A DNA stretch of 64,000 nucleotides, from sequence record SRR20825006_2271, one strand, 5' to 3'. The translations under genes and the position numbers were made by a program. Positions 1-8,628 of this stretch are shown piece by piece; the first letter of the stretch is position 1, and every line of letters starts with the position of its first letter. Under the pieces are notes generated by a model that saw nothing but the letters and a program-made list of their open reading frames with translations, was not told where the DNA came from and did no database searches.

Positions 1-1
1 C

Positions 2-400
2 GGAAATTTAATTGTTCCTGTTATTAAAAAGGCAGATCAATTGAATTTAGTAGGAATGGCCAAAGCGGTTAATGATTTGGCTTCAAGAGCCAGAGCCGGA
101 AAGTTAAAACCAGATGATACCGTTGGCGGAACATACACTGTTACTAACGTAGGTACTTTTGGCAGTGTTATGGGAACCCCAATTATTAATCAGCCTCAAG
201 TTGGGATTTTAGCGTTAGGAGCGATTAGAAAAGTTCCGGCGGTAATAGAAACTCCTGAAGGTGATTTTATAGGAATCAGACAAAAGATGTTCTTATCACA
301 TTCGTATGATCATCGCGTGGTAAATGGTGCTCTGGGTGGGCAATTTGTTCAGCGTGTTGCGCAGTATCTAGAAGATTGGGATGTGAATAGAGCAGTTTAG
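2..400 (+). CDS. 2-oxoacid dehydrogenase E2 (dihydrolipoamide acyltransferase), C-terminal part; gene starts upstream of the window
   Basis: Frame is open from base 2 (GNLIVPVIKKADQLNL...). Contains GGTYTVTNVG, PIINQPQVGIL and the catalytic SYDHRVVNGA motif. Confidence 0.93.
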   Translation, partial: GNLIVPVIKKADQLNLVGMAKAVNDLASRARAGKLKPDDTVGGTYTVTNVGTFGSVMGTPIINQPQVGILALGAIRKVPAVIETPEGDFIGIRQKMFLSHSYDHRVVNGALGGQFVQRVAQYLEDWDVNRAV

Positions 401-424
401 AACTGTTTGAGCGCATCTTGAAAA

Positions 425-468
425 AATAAAAAAACCTGTGAGATCTTAACTTCACAGGTTTTTTTATT
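425..468. terminator. Bidirectional intrinsic terminator
   Basis: Perfect 17-bp inverted repeat AATAAAAAAACCTGTGA / TCACAGGTTTTTTTATT between the convergent E2 and BLUF genes. Confidence 0.88.
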
Positions 469-575
469 GGCACCGCCAAAGGGTTAATACTCTGTCTAGT
501 TGGTTATCGAGATGCGTTAAAATTGAAAATTCGTTTCCGCGGAATTCTTCGTGAGTTTGCCCTCAGGTAGTTTAC
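463..575 (-). repeat. Dispersed intergenic element, long copy (113 bp); possible non-autonomous IS200/IS605-like or REP-like relic
   Basis: Minus-strand ends GTAAACTACCTGAGGGCAAAC ... CCTTTGGCGGTGCCAATAAA match both ends of the element at 53894-53950. Confidence 0.65.
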
Positions 576-600
576 TAATTCAGTGCAGAATGTATGCTGT

Positions 601-1029
601 TTAAGACAGTGCTTCAACAAAATTGTGCAGTAATTGTAATGCAGGGACTTCTTCCGCGGCTTGCGCACTTAAAGGTTTTAAATTATCGTACGATTTCTTG
701 TTTTCTGAAGCCTCTAGCGTATCGAGCTGGGTATTGGCAAGTTTTTTATAATACATATCCCAAGCGCCAAAGCAGCGTTTTGTAGAACTTCCTTCAGATA
801 AAATCTTTAGATCAAAATGCCTGGGATCTGTGGTGATCTTTTTATAAATCTTATCAAGTGCTGGTTTATTACCCTCAATAAATTGAATAAAATGGCCGTC
901 AAGATGAATTAAGATTCCGGTGAGTCCTAGTAAAGCATTAGAGGTTCTTGCGTGTTGAAGTAAGCTTTCTAAGTCCGAATCGTTTAGAATAAAACTTTGC
1001 GTGCTCAGATAAGCGATATGCGAAATCAT
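601..1029 (-). CDS. Stand-alone BLUF-domain blue-light (flavin) photoreceptor
   Basis: BLUF signature residues: YLS, N..LGLTGILI, FIQFIEG, I..DPRH, RCFGAWDM. Short C-terminal tail, no effector domain. Confidence 0.92.
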   Translation of the reverse strand: MISHIAYLSTQSFILNDSDLESLLQHARTSNALLGLTGILIHLDGHFIQFIEGNKPALDKIYKKITTDPRHFDLKILSEGSSTKRCFGAWDMYYKKLANTQLDTLEASENKKSYDNLKPLSAQAAEEVPALQLLHNFVEALS

Positions 1030-1155
1030 TTTCGTTAAAAAGTTGGTTGTTTTGTAAATATAACGCGGTTTAGGGTGTTAAACAAAAGAATAATATGTAA
1101 CTTTTTAACGTATAAAATACGTTTATTAATGTGAATCTTATAAAATTGGTAATCG

Positions 1156-1163
1156 TACTTTTG
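1156..1163 (+). promoter_or_regulatory. Bacteroidota sigma70 -7 box (TACTTTTG) for the exonuclease operon
   Basis: Exact TAnnTTTG match 16 nt before the ATG at 1180. Confidence 0.6.
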
Positions 1164-1179
1164 TAGAAAATTTATAGCA

Positions 1180-1956
1180 ATGAATCTTAACCTAACTCGA
1201 CCTATTTGCTTTTTTGATTTGGAAACAACCGGAATTAATGTGGCTAAAGACCGCATTGTTGAAATTTCGGTATTGAAGGTTTTTCCTGACGGAAAGGAAG
1301 AAAAGCATACCTGGCTCGTAAATCCTACTATACCCATCCCTGCTGAAACCACAGCGGTACACGGCATCAAAGATGAAGATGTAGCAGATAAACCCACATT
1401 TAAAGAATTGGCTACAGAGATCAACAACCTGATCAAAGATTCTGATCTGGCCGGTTTTAATTCTAATCGTTTTGATATTCCGCTTTTGGCTGAAGAAATG
1501 TTGAGAGCTGAAGTTGATTTTGATATGAAAAATAGAAATGCCATTGATGTACAGACTATTTTTCACAAAATGGAACAGCGTACCTTAAGCGCAGCTTACA
1601 AATTTTATTGTGATCAAACTTTAGAAGATGCGCATAGTGCAGAGGCTGATACGATCGCCACCTATGAGGTGTTGAAGTCGCAGCTTGATCGTTATGAGGA
1701 TCTCGAAAATAATATGAAAAGTCTGGCGGAGTTTAGTGCGCGTAAGAAGTTTGCAGATTTTGCCGGATTTATTGCCTTTAACAAAGAGGGAGAAGAGATC
1801 TTTTCTTTCGGAAAACACAAAGGGAAGAAAGTAGAAGAGGTGCTAGAAAATGAGCCCGGCTATTTTGGATGGATTCAAAATGCCGACTTCCCGTTGTATA
1901 CTAAAAAAGTATTGACGGCAATAAAGCTCAGAAAATTGAACACCAAGCTTTTTTAG
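1180..1956 (+). CDS. DEDDh 3'-5' exonuclease (DNA polymerase III epsilon / DnaQ-like)
   Basis: FFDLETTG (ExoI), FNSNRFD (ExoII), HSAEAD (ExoIII) and a C-terminal FGKHKG motif. Confidence 0.92.
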   Translation: MNLNLTRPICFFDLETTGINVAKDRIVEISVLKVFPDGKEEKHTWLVNPTIPIPAETTAVHGIKDEDVADKPTFKELATEINNLIKDSDLAGFNSNRFDIPLLAEEMLRAEVDFDMKNRNAIDVQTIFHKMEQRTLSAAYKFYCDQTLEDAHSAEADTIATYEVLKSQLDRYEDLENNMKSLAEFSARKKFADFAGFIAFNKEGEEIFSFGKHKGKKVEEVLENEPGYFGWIQNADFPLYTKKVLTAIKLRKLNTKLF

Positions 1957-1959
1957 GCA

Positions 1960-2907
1960 ATGTCTCGTGTATTTTTCCTCTTTGGTTTTCTTTTAGCAAG
2001 TAGTCTCATATTTGCTCAAGAGACTGCTTTTAGAGGAAAAGTGATTGATGCAAATTCTAAAGTAGGAGTGCCTTATGCGCATTTGATCTTACCTGAACTC
2101 AAACGCGGAACATCGGCAGATGTGCACGGTGATTTCAGATTTGAGGCAGGCGATGTTGCTCAGTCTATGCAGGTGCTCGTGTCAAGTGTTGGTTATGAGA
2201 CTAGAACGCTTACACTAGGTACTATGAGTGAAACCATAGCGCTTCAGCCTAGCTTAAATGCATTGCGGGAAGTCGTGATTTACGATCTTCAAGATCGCCG
2301 TAGTAAGCGCGTAAACCCGTTTGTAGGTGCAAAGATCGTGGGCTTGGGGAATTTTAGTGGAGGCGCTTATCCTTCAGCTTTAGCACGCTATTATGCGCGA
2401 CCTAAAAAGTTTGATCAAGGATGTTTTTTGAAGAATCTGGAAATCGACTTTTATCGGGTGTTGGGTGCAGACAACCCGGCTGCAAAATTTAGGTTACGTA
2501 TTTTAGAAGTTGCTGAAGATGGGCTTCCGGGTATCGATCTTCTGGATGACGGATTAGTACTGGAAAAGCCTGAAAATGCAGCCAAAATGAAAGTGAATAT
2601 GCTGCCCTATAAGTTAAATGTTCCTTCCGAAGGCGTATATATTGTAGTTGAGCATTTATTTATTCCGGAGAATAAATTTACCGAAATCCTAAGTGTTCAA
2701 AACAATGAAGGCAATTATATCAATTATGAAGTAGAGCGCTATGCACCTATTTTTAAAGGTGTTGAAATTGCAAAAAACCAGCGCAACCCGCGCTGCTTTT
2801 ATAAAAGTTTAACCGGCTGGAAACCGGTTACGCAATTGGATACAGCAGGCAGTGCTTTGGCTGGTAATGCGCCGGCACCTGCTTTTAAAGTTTTATTTAC
2901 AGATTAG
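1960..2907 (+). CDS. Secreted protein with N-terminal carboxypeptidase-regulatory-like domain
   Basis: Signal peptide, then G.VID...VPYA...GT.AD..G.F...SSVGY...L.EVVI. C-terminal domain unknown. Confidence 0.75.
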   Translation: MSRVFFLFGFLLASSLIFAQETAFRGKVIDANSKVGVPYAHLILPELKRGTSADVHGDFRFEAGDVAQSMQVLVSSVGYETRTLTLGTMSETIALQPSLNALREVVIYDLQDRRSKRVNPFVGAKIVGLGNFSGGAYPSALARYYARPKKFDQGCFLKNLEIDFYRVLGADNPAAKFRLRILEVAEDGLPGIDLLDDGLVLEKPENAAKMKVNMLPYKLNVPSEGVYIVVEHLFIPENKFTEILSVQNNEGNYINYEVERYAPIFKGVEIAKNQRNPRCFYKSLTGWKPVTQLDTAGSALAGNAPAPAFKVLFTD

Positions 2908-2910
2908 ACG

Positions 2911-3525
2911 ATGAAAATTATTTGCATAGGTCAGAATTACAGCGACCACATAAAAGAATTGAACAGCAAGGCGTCATCAGAGCCTATGTTTTTTTTAAAG
3001 CCAGATTCGGCGGTATTGCTTAAGAAGCATCCTTTTGTGATTCCTGAATTTACTAATGAGGTGCATTATGAGGTAGAGCTTCTGGTGCGTATCAATCGGT
3101 TAGGGAAATATATTCAGCCTAAGTTTGCGCATAAATATTATGATGAAATCGGTTTAGGTATTGATTTTACTGCACGTGATTTACAGCGGGAATGTAAAGA
3201 AAAAGGGCATCCCTGGGAAAAGGCCAAGGGCTTTGATGGTTCGGCGGTTTTAGGAGACTTCTGGGTACCTAAAGAAAAGTTCAAAGAATTGAATGATATT
3301 AACTTTCATTTAGAAAAAAATGATAAAATTGTGCAATCAGGGAATACGGCTAATATGATTTATGATATTGATACCCTTATCGCGCACGTGTCTCAATTTA
3401 TGACCCTCAAAATTGGTGACATATTATTTACAGGAACACCTGCCGGGGTAGGGCCTGTAGCAATAGATGATAGATTGACCGGCTATTTAGAGAATGAACC
3501 CATATTTACTGTGAATATAAAATAA
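2911..3525 (+). CDS. Fumarylacetoacetate hydrolase family protein
   Basis: KIICIGQNY, FLKP, HYEVEL, DFTARDLQ, KAKGFD, GDILFTGTPAGVG. Confidence 0.93.
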   Translation: MKIICIGQNYSDHIKELNSKASSEPMFFLKPDSAVLLKKHPFVIPEFTNEVHYEVELLVRINRLGKYIQPKFAHKYYDEIGLGIDFTARDLQRECKEKGHPWEKAKGFDGSAVLGDFWVPKEKFKELNDINFHLEKNDKIVQSGNTANMIYDIDTLIAHVSQFMTLKIGDILFTGTPAGVGPVAIDDRLTGYLENEPIFTVNIK

Positions 3526-3543
3526 CCTTAAATCAAAAAACTT

Positions 3544-3885
3544 ATGCCCACCCACTACGATTTATATCAGTTAGAAGATATGTCTGGCGGCGACAAAGAA
3601 TTTATGAAAACTGTTGTCGAAGCATTTCTTACCGAAATTCCGCCTGATCTTGAGAGTATGCAAATGGCAATTGACAATGACAACCATAAGATGGCGTATC
3701 AATTTGCTCATAAAATGAAGCCTAACCTAGAAATGTTTGGGATAGATCTAATACGTGAAATTTCGGCGATGGAACGCTGGGCTGATAGCAACAAACCTAC
3801 TTCTGCGATCAGACCACAGCTCAATACCATCGTGACTTATATTAATAATGCAATAGAAGAAATGCGCAAAGACTGGAAGATGTAA
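3544..3885 (+). CDS. Stand-alone Hpt (histidine phosphotransfer) domain protein
   Basis: Small helical protein with AHKMKP phospho-acceptor motif and L.DMSGGD.EF N-terminus. Confidence 0.82.
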   Translation: MPTHYDLYQLEDMSGGDKEFMKTVVEAFLTEIPPDLESMQMAIDNDNHKMAYQFAHKMKPNLEMFGIDLIREISAMERWADSNKPTSAIRPQLNTIVTYINNAIEEMRKDWKM

Positions 3886-5135
3886 TGCGAGCTCATATTA
3901 TTACCATTGGTGATGAAATTCTTATAGGTCAGATCGTAGATACCAATTCGGCTTTTATTGCGAAAGAACTCGATAAAATAGGGGTTGAGGTGTATCAGAT
4001 CTCTTCGATCTCAGACTCTAAAGAACATATTGTACACTGTCTTCAAGAAGCTCAGAAAACCGCCGAAATCGTATTGATTACAGGCGGTTTAGGCCCAACA
4101 AAAGACGATGTCACTAAATATACCTTTTGCGAATTTTTTGATGATGTTTTAGTAGAAGATCAAGCGGTACTACACAACATTGAACGCATTTTTAAGCATC
4201 ATGTAAATAGGCCTATGCTTCCGGCAAATCGGTCGCAAGCGCTTGTGCCTAGTCAGGCTACGGTTTTGATGAATCATAATGGCACTGCTCCCGGAATGTG
4301 GATGAAATCAGGTAAAACGGTATTTATATCGATGCCTGGAGTGCCTTTTGAAATGAAAGGTTTAATGACTTCTGAGGTTATTCCGCGGCTTCAGAAGGAA
4401 TTCAGCAGGCCTTTTATTTTACATAGAACGCTACAAACCTACGGGATGGGGGAAAGCGAGATCGCAGATCGAATAGCTGATTGGGAAAATGCGCTTCCTG
4501 CAGATATTAAGCTCGCTTATTTGCCTGCACTGGGAAAAGTACGTCTTCGACTTTCGACTAAAGGACCGGATAAAGCTTTATTAGAGCAACGTCTAGACGA
4601 GCAGATCAAAGGTTTGCACGCACTTATAGGAGAAATTATAATAGGTTATGATGACGGAGAGTCTATTGAGGCTGTTGTTGCAAGATTATTAACCGAAAGA
4701 CACCGTACCTTGGCCGTTGCAGAAAGTTGTACCGGCGGGCAGATTTCAGCGGCAATTACAAGTATTCCGGGAGCATCAGCCTATTATAAAGGCGGAATGG
4801 TTACCTATGCCACACATTCAAAAGTTGAATTGCTAAAAATAGAGCAGAAGCTCATTGATGAACATTCAGTGGTGAGTGCAGAAGTCGCAGAAGCGATGGC
4901 ACGATCGGTACAACAATGGTATGGAGCAGATTATGCAATTGCCACAACAGGAAACGCCGGACCCACAAAGGGGGATTCTGATGCAGATGTTGGCACGGTT
5001 TACATAGGGATTGCTTCGCCAAGTGGCGTAGTTGCTCATAAATTTATGATGGGCAGTCAGCGCGAACGGGTAGTTTCAAAAAGCGTCAATAAAGCTTTTG
5101 AACTGCTTCAGAAAGAAATTTTAAAAAACTCGTAA
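3885..5135 (+). CDS. cinA: CinA family protein (MoCF-like domain + PncC NMN deamidase)
   Basis: IGDEILIGQIVDTN, TGGLGPTKDD, GTAPG, PGVP; C-terminal AESCTGG and TG.AGP. Confidence 0.94.
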   Translation: MRAHIITIGDEILIGQIVDTNSAFIAKELDKIGVEVYQISSISDSKEHIVHCLQEAQKTAEIVLITGGLGPTKDDVTKYTFCEFFDDVLVEDQAVLHNIERIFKHHVNRPMLPANRSQALVPSQATVLMNHNGTAPGMWMKSGKTVFISMPGVPFEMKGLMTSEVIPRLQKEFSRPFILHRTLQTYGMGESEIADRIADWENALPADIKLAYLPALGKVRLRLSTKGPDKALLEQRLDEQIKGLHALIGEIIIGYDDGESIEAVVARLLTERHRTLAVAESCTGGQISAAITSIPGASAYYKGGMVTYATHSKVELLKIEQKLIDEHSVVSAEVAEAMARSVQQWYGADYAIATTGNAGPTKGDSDADVGTVYIGIASPSGVVAHKFMMGSQRERVVSKSVNKAFELLQKEILKNS

Positions 5136-5140
5136 TTTAA

Positions 5141-5172
5141 GTTGGTCAACTTGTTTTAGTTGTGTAAATTTG
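5141..5172 (+). promoter_or_regulatory. Sigma70-type promoter for rpmB-rpmG
   Basis: GTTG (-33), 20-nt spacer, TAAATTTG (-7). Confidence 0.7.
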
Positions 5173-5211
5173 CACCCTGTTTTTCAGTAACACATTATAA
5201 AGTTTAGAATC

Positions 5212-5451
5212 ATGTCAAGAGTTTGTGAGCTTACGGGCAAAAAAGCAATGGTAGGAAACAATGTTTCTCACGCGATGAATAAGACCAAGCGTAAATTTGA
5301 TGCCAATTTAATCAAAAAGCGTTTCTATATTCCTGAAGAAGATAAGTGGATTACATTAAAAATTTCTACAGCCGCTCTTAAAAATATAAATAAGAAAGGT
5401 ATTACTGCTGTGCTTAAAGAAGCACGCGCTAAAGGCTTTCTTACTAAATAA
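5212..5451 (+). CDS. rpmB: 50S ribosomal protein L28
   Basis: MSRVCELTGK..MVGNNVSHA.NKTKR. Confidence 0.97.
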   Translation: MSRVCELTGKKAMVGNNVSHAMNKTKRKFDANLIKKRFYIPEEDKWITLKISTAALKNINKKGITAVLKEARAKGFLTK

Positions 5452-5474
5452 TAACGGTATAACGATTAGGAATT

Positions 5475-5657
5475 ATGGCAAAGAAAGGCAATAGAGTACA
5501 GGTAATTTTAGAGTGCACAGAGCATAAAGCTTCTGGGAAACCAGGAACTTCTCGTTATATTACCACTAAGAACAAGAAGAACACACCAGATAGAATGGAG
5601 TTGAAAAAATTCAACCCTATCTTGAATAAAATGACTGTTCACAAAGAAATAAAATAA
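5475..5657 (+). CDS. rpmG: 50S ribosomal protein L33
   Basis: [16 protein letters not shown]...[20 protein letters not shown]; follows rpmB. Confidence 0.97.
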   Translation: MAKKGNRVQVILECTEHKASGKPGTSRYITTKNKKNTPDRMELKKFNPILNKMTVHKEIK

Positions 5658-5660
5658 GAC

Positions 5661-5813
5661 ATGGCAAAGAAATCAGTAGCAACATTACAGACCGGTTCAA
5701 AACGTTTGACCAAAGCCATTAAAATGGTAAAATCTCCTAAGACAGGAGCTTACACTTTTGTGGAAGCTGTTATGGCACCAGAAATGGTTGGAGAGTTTTT
5801 AGACAAAAAATAA
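5661..5813 (+). CDS. DUF4295-type small basic protein (50 aa), absent from the ORF track
   Basis: Hand translation MAKKSVATLQTGSKRLTKAIKMVKSPKTGAYTFVEAVMAPEMVGEFLDKK*. Sits in the usual Bacteroidota position between rpmG and ftsY. Confidence 0.9.
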   Translation: MAKKSVATLQTGSKRLTKAIKMVKSPKTGAYTFVEAVMAPEMVGEFLDKK

Positions 5814-5835
5814 GACATTCTAAATGTTTATACGT

Positions 5836-5865
5836 AGCCGTTACGCTTTGGTGTAACGGCTTTTT
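5836..5865 (+). terminator. Intrinsic terminator after rpmB-rpmG-DUF4295
   Basis: AGCCGTTACGC-TTTG-GTGTAACGGCT hairpin followed by a T run. Confidence 0.85.
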
Positions 5866-5944
5866 GTATTTTTTTATTTTTGTCTCAATTTTAAACAAGG
5901 TTAAAGAGATACCTTTGCATTGCTAACTATGCATCTTAAATACG

Positions 5945-6898
5945 ATGAGTTTTTTCAAAAAAATATTTTCAAAGGAAAAAAAGGAAACTTTAGACAAAGG
6001 TCTAGAGAAAACCAATGCTAATTTTTTAAACAAGTTAGGTAAAGCTGTTGCCGGTAAAAGCAAGGTTGATGATGAGGTGCTTGACGATCTTGAAGAAGTA
6101 TTAGTGTCAAGCGATGTGGGCGTTGCGACTACTATAAAGGTCATTGACAGGATCGAGGCTCGTGTGGCACGCGATAAATATTTAGGAACCGAAGAACTCA
6201 ATACTATTTTAAGAGAAGAGATCGCAGGTTTGATGAGCGAGACCAATACCGGTGACGCTACAGATTTTACCGTTCCTGCTAAAAAGCCTTATGTGATTAT
6301 GGTAGTTGGTGTAAACGGTGTAGGGAAAACTACAACCATCGGCAAACTGGCACATCAATTCAAGCAGAAAGGACTTAAGGTGGTTCTTGGTGCGGCAGAT
6401 ACATTTAGAGCCGCAGCGATAGATCAATTACAAATTTGGGCTGACCGGGTAGATGTTCCTATCGTAAAACAGCAGATGGGAAGCGATCCGGCATCGGTGG
6501 CTTTTGATACCGTACAGAGCGCTGTAAAGATGGATGCTGATGTGGTGATCATTGATACTGCCGGGCGTTTACATAATAAGATTAATTTGATGAAAGAATT
6601 GACCAAAGTAAAACGCGTGATGCAAAAGGTGATCGATGATGCTCCAGACGAGGTTTTGTTGGTTTTAGATGGTTCTACAGGTCAAAATGCATTTGAGCAG
6701 GCTAAGCAGTTTACAGCGGCTACAGAGGTGACTTCGCTTGCTGTTACCAAGCTAGACGGAACCGCAAAAGGCGGTGTTGTCATTGGTATTAGCGACCAGT
6801 TTCAAATTCCGGTAAAATACATTGGTGTAGGAGAAGGAATTGAGGATTTACAGGTTTTCAATAAAATTGAATTTGTTGATTCATTTTTTAGAAATTAG
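5945..6898 (+). CDS. ftsY: SRP receptor FtsY
   Basis: GVNGVGKTTTIGKLA, DTFRAAA, DTAGRL, TKLDGTAKGG. TACCTTTG -7 box at 5910-5917. Confidence 0.97.
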   Translation: MSFFKKIFSKEKKETLDKGLEKTNANFLNKLGKAVAGKSKVDDEVLDDLEEVLVSSDVGVATTIKVIDRIEARVARDKYLGTEELNTILREEIAGLMSETNTGDATDFTVPAKKPYVIMVVGVNGVGKTTTIGKLAHQFKQKGLKVVLGAADTFRAAAIDQLQIWADRVDVPIVKQQMGSDPASVAFDTVQSAVKMDADVVIIDTAGRLHNKINLMKELTKVKRVMQKVIDDAPDEVLLVLDGSTGQNAFEQAKQFTAATEVTSLAVTKLDGTAKGGVVIGISDQFQIPVKYIGVGEGIEDLQVFNKIEFVDSFFRN

Positions 6899-6920
6899 CA
6901 GCTAAACACTATTAAATAAG

Positions 6921-6950
6921 AAGGCATCCACAATTGTGAGATGCCTTTTT
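6921..6950 (+). terminator. Probable terminator after ftsY
   Basis: AAGGCATC-CACAATTGTGA-GATGCCTT followed by TTT. Confidence 0.7.
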
Positions 6951-6978
6951 GTATTTTAGGGTGAAATTTAAGCACCCT

Positions 6979-8625
6979 ATGAAAAAACTACTACTTCTAT
7001 TAAGTCTTGCCTTTTTATTTTCCTGTAAAGAAACCTCTTCAAATGCTTCTACTGAAGAAGCAACTCAGACCTTAAATGACTCTACCGTTCAAGAACGCGA
7101 ATATGCCGTTTTAGACTCTAAAGTCTTAGATGCTGAAGCACTTTGGAAGTCGTTTGATGTTGAAGTGAAGATGTTTACCGAAACAAAATACGATCAACTC
7201 AAGCCTTTTATTTTCGAGAAAACCATTCCTGAAATTCAACAGGCTGTGGCTCAAGGCCAACTTACTTATGAAGAGTTGGTTCTTTTTTACCTAAGCCGAA
7301 TTAAAAAATACGACCGTAACAACGACTTGTCATTAAACTCGGTTATTGCCTTAAATCCTAAAGTTTTGGATCAAGCCCGCGAATTAGATGCGAACCGTGC
7401 AGATGACTTCGATCCATATTCTATTTATGGAATGCCTATTCTGCTGAAGGATAACATCAATGCAGCAGATATGCCTACTACTGCCGGAGCAGTGGTTTTT
7501 GAGGATAATGACACCGGCGATGCGTTTATCACCCAAAAGCTTAAAGAATACGGTGCGCTTATTTTAGGAAAAGCCAATTTGAGCGAGTGGGCTTATTTCT
7601 TTTGTGGCGACTGCCCAAGCGGTTATTCGGCAGTGGGCGGACAAACCTTAAATCCCTACGGAAGAAAAATACACGATACCGGTGGCTCTAGTTCGGGTAG
7701 TGGCGTTGCAATGGCTGCTAATTTTGCGGTGGCAGCGGTAGGCTCAGAAACCAGTGGTTCTATACTTTCACCATCCAGTTCAAACTCGGTTGTAGGTCTG
7801 AAGCCAACAATTGGTTTGTTATCTCGCGGCGGGATCATTCCTATATCTAGCACGCTAGACACGCCGGGACCTATGACCCGTAGTGTAATTGACAATGCGA
7901 TCTTGTTACAGGCAATGACCGGTCTTGATCAGGACGATGCTGCCGCTGTTAATTTAAAAGCAGCATCCACTGATTATGTAAACGGATTAAAAGATGTAGA
8001 GGCGTCTGCTTATTTAAGCGAAAAGCGTCTAGGCTATTATACCAATTATGATGATACGCTTTATCTGCAAGCTGTTGAAGCGTTGCGAAAAGCCGGAGCC
8101 ACATTAATACCTATTGAACGTCCGGAAGTTGATTTACCGCAGTTTACGCGTGTTCTCAATCTTGATATGCAGATGGATTTACCGGCATATATAGCTAATT
8201 ATGGATCAAAGAATCTGGCTGTGAAGGATCTTAAGGATATCACAGGATTCAATAAAAAAGATTCTTTGATCAGAATGCCTTATGGTCAGAAGTTGTTGTA
8301 CGGTGTGCTTGCAGATTCTGCTTCAGCGGAAGAATTTACAGCCATAAAAGATACACTAGAACGTAATGGGAGACGCTTTTTTGACGAGCCTATAAAAGCC
8401 CATGACCTTGATGCAGTATTATCCATCAATAACTATATGGCGGGCTATGCGGCTGTGGCAAAATATCCGGCAATTACTGTGCCTATGGGCTACCAAGAAG
8501 ATAACCGTCCTATGGGATTGACCTTTATTGCTCCCACCTTATCTGAAGCGCAGCTTTTAGAACTCGCTTATGCGTACGAGCAAATTTCAAAAATGCGTAA
8601 AACACCGGTGGATTTTGAGGAGTAA
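6979..8625 (+). CDS. Amidase-signature family lipoprotein
   Basis: ATG at 6979 gives a lipoprotein signal (LFSC). YGMPILLKDNI, GKANLSEW, GGSSSGS, GSETSGSI. Confidence 0.9.
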   Translation: MKKLLLLLSLAFLFSCKETSSNASTEEATQTLNDSTVQEREYAVLDSKVLDAEALWKSFDVEVKMFTETKYDQLKPFIFEKTIPEIQQAVAQGQLTYEELVLFYLSRIKKYDRNNDLSLNSVIALNPKVLDQARELDANRADDFDPYSIYGMPILLKDNINAADMPTTAGAVVFEDNDTGDAFITQKLKEYGALILGKANLSEWAYFFCGDCPSGYSAVGGQTLNPYGRKIHDTGGSSSGSGVAMAANFAVAAVGSETSGSILSPSSSNSVVGLKPTIGLLSRGGIIPISSTLDTPGPMTRSVIDNAILLQAMTGLDQDDAAAVNLKAASTDYVNGLKDVEASAYLSEKRLGYYTNYDDTLYLQAVEALRKAGATLIPIERPEVDLPQFTRVLNLDMQMDLPAYIANYGSKNLAVKDLKDITGFNKKDSLIRMPYGQKLLYGVLADSASAEEFTAIKDTLERNGRRFFDEPIKAHDLDAVLSINNYMAGYAAVAKYPAITVPMGYQEDNRPMGLTFIAPTLSEAQLLELAYAYEQISKMRKTPVDFEE

Positions 8626-8628
8626 CTA

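Noticed and set aside
276-479. 67-aa minus-strand ORF crossing the terminator and the repeat end
   Set aside because: Antisense to E2, runs through a terminator, and its frame is not preserved in the second repeat copy.
1035-1818. Minus-strand ORFs antisense to the exonuclease (and the many similar short shadow ORFs elsewhere)
   Set aside because: They overlap well-supported genes and show no recognisable motifs.
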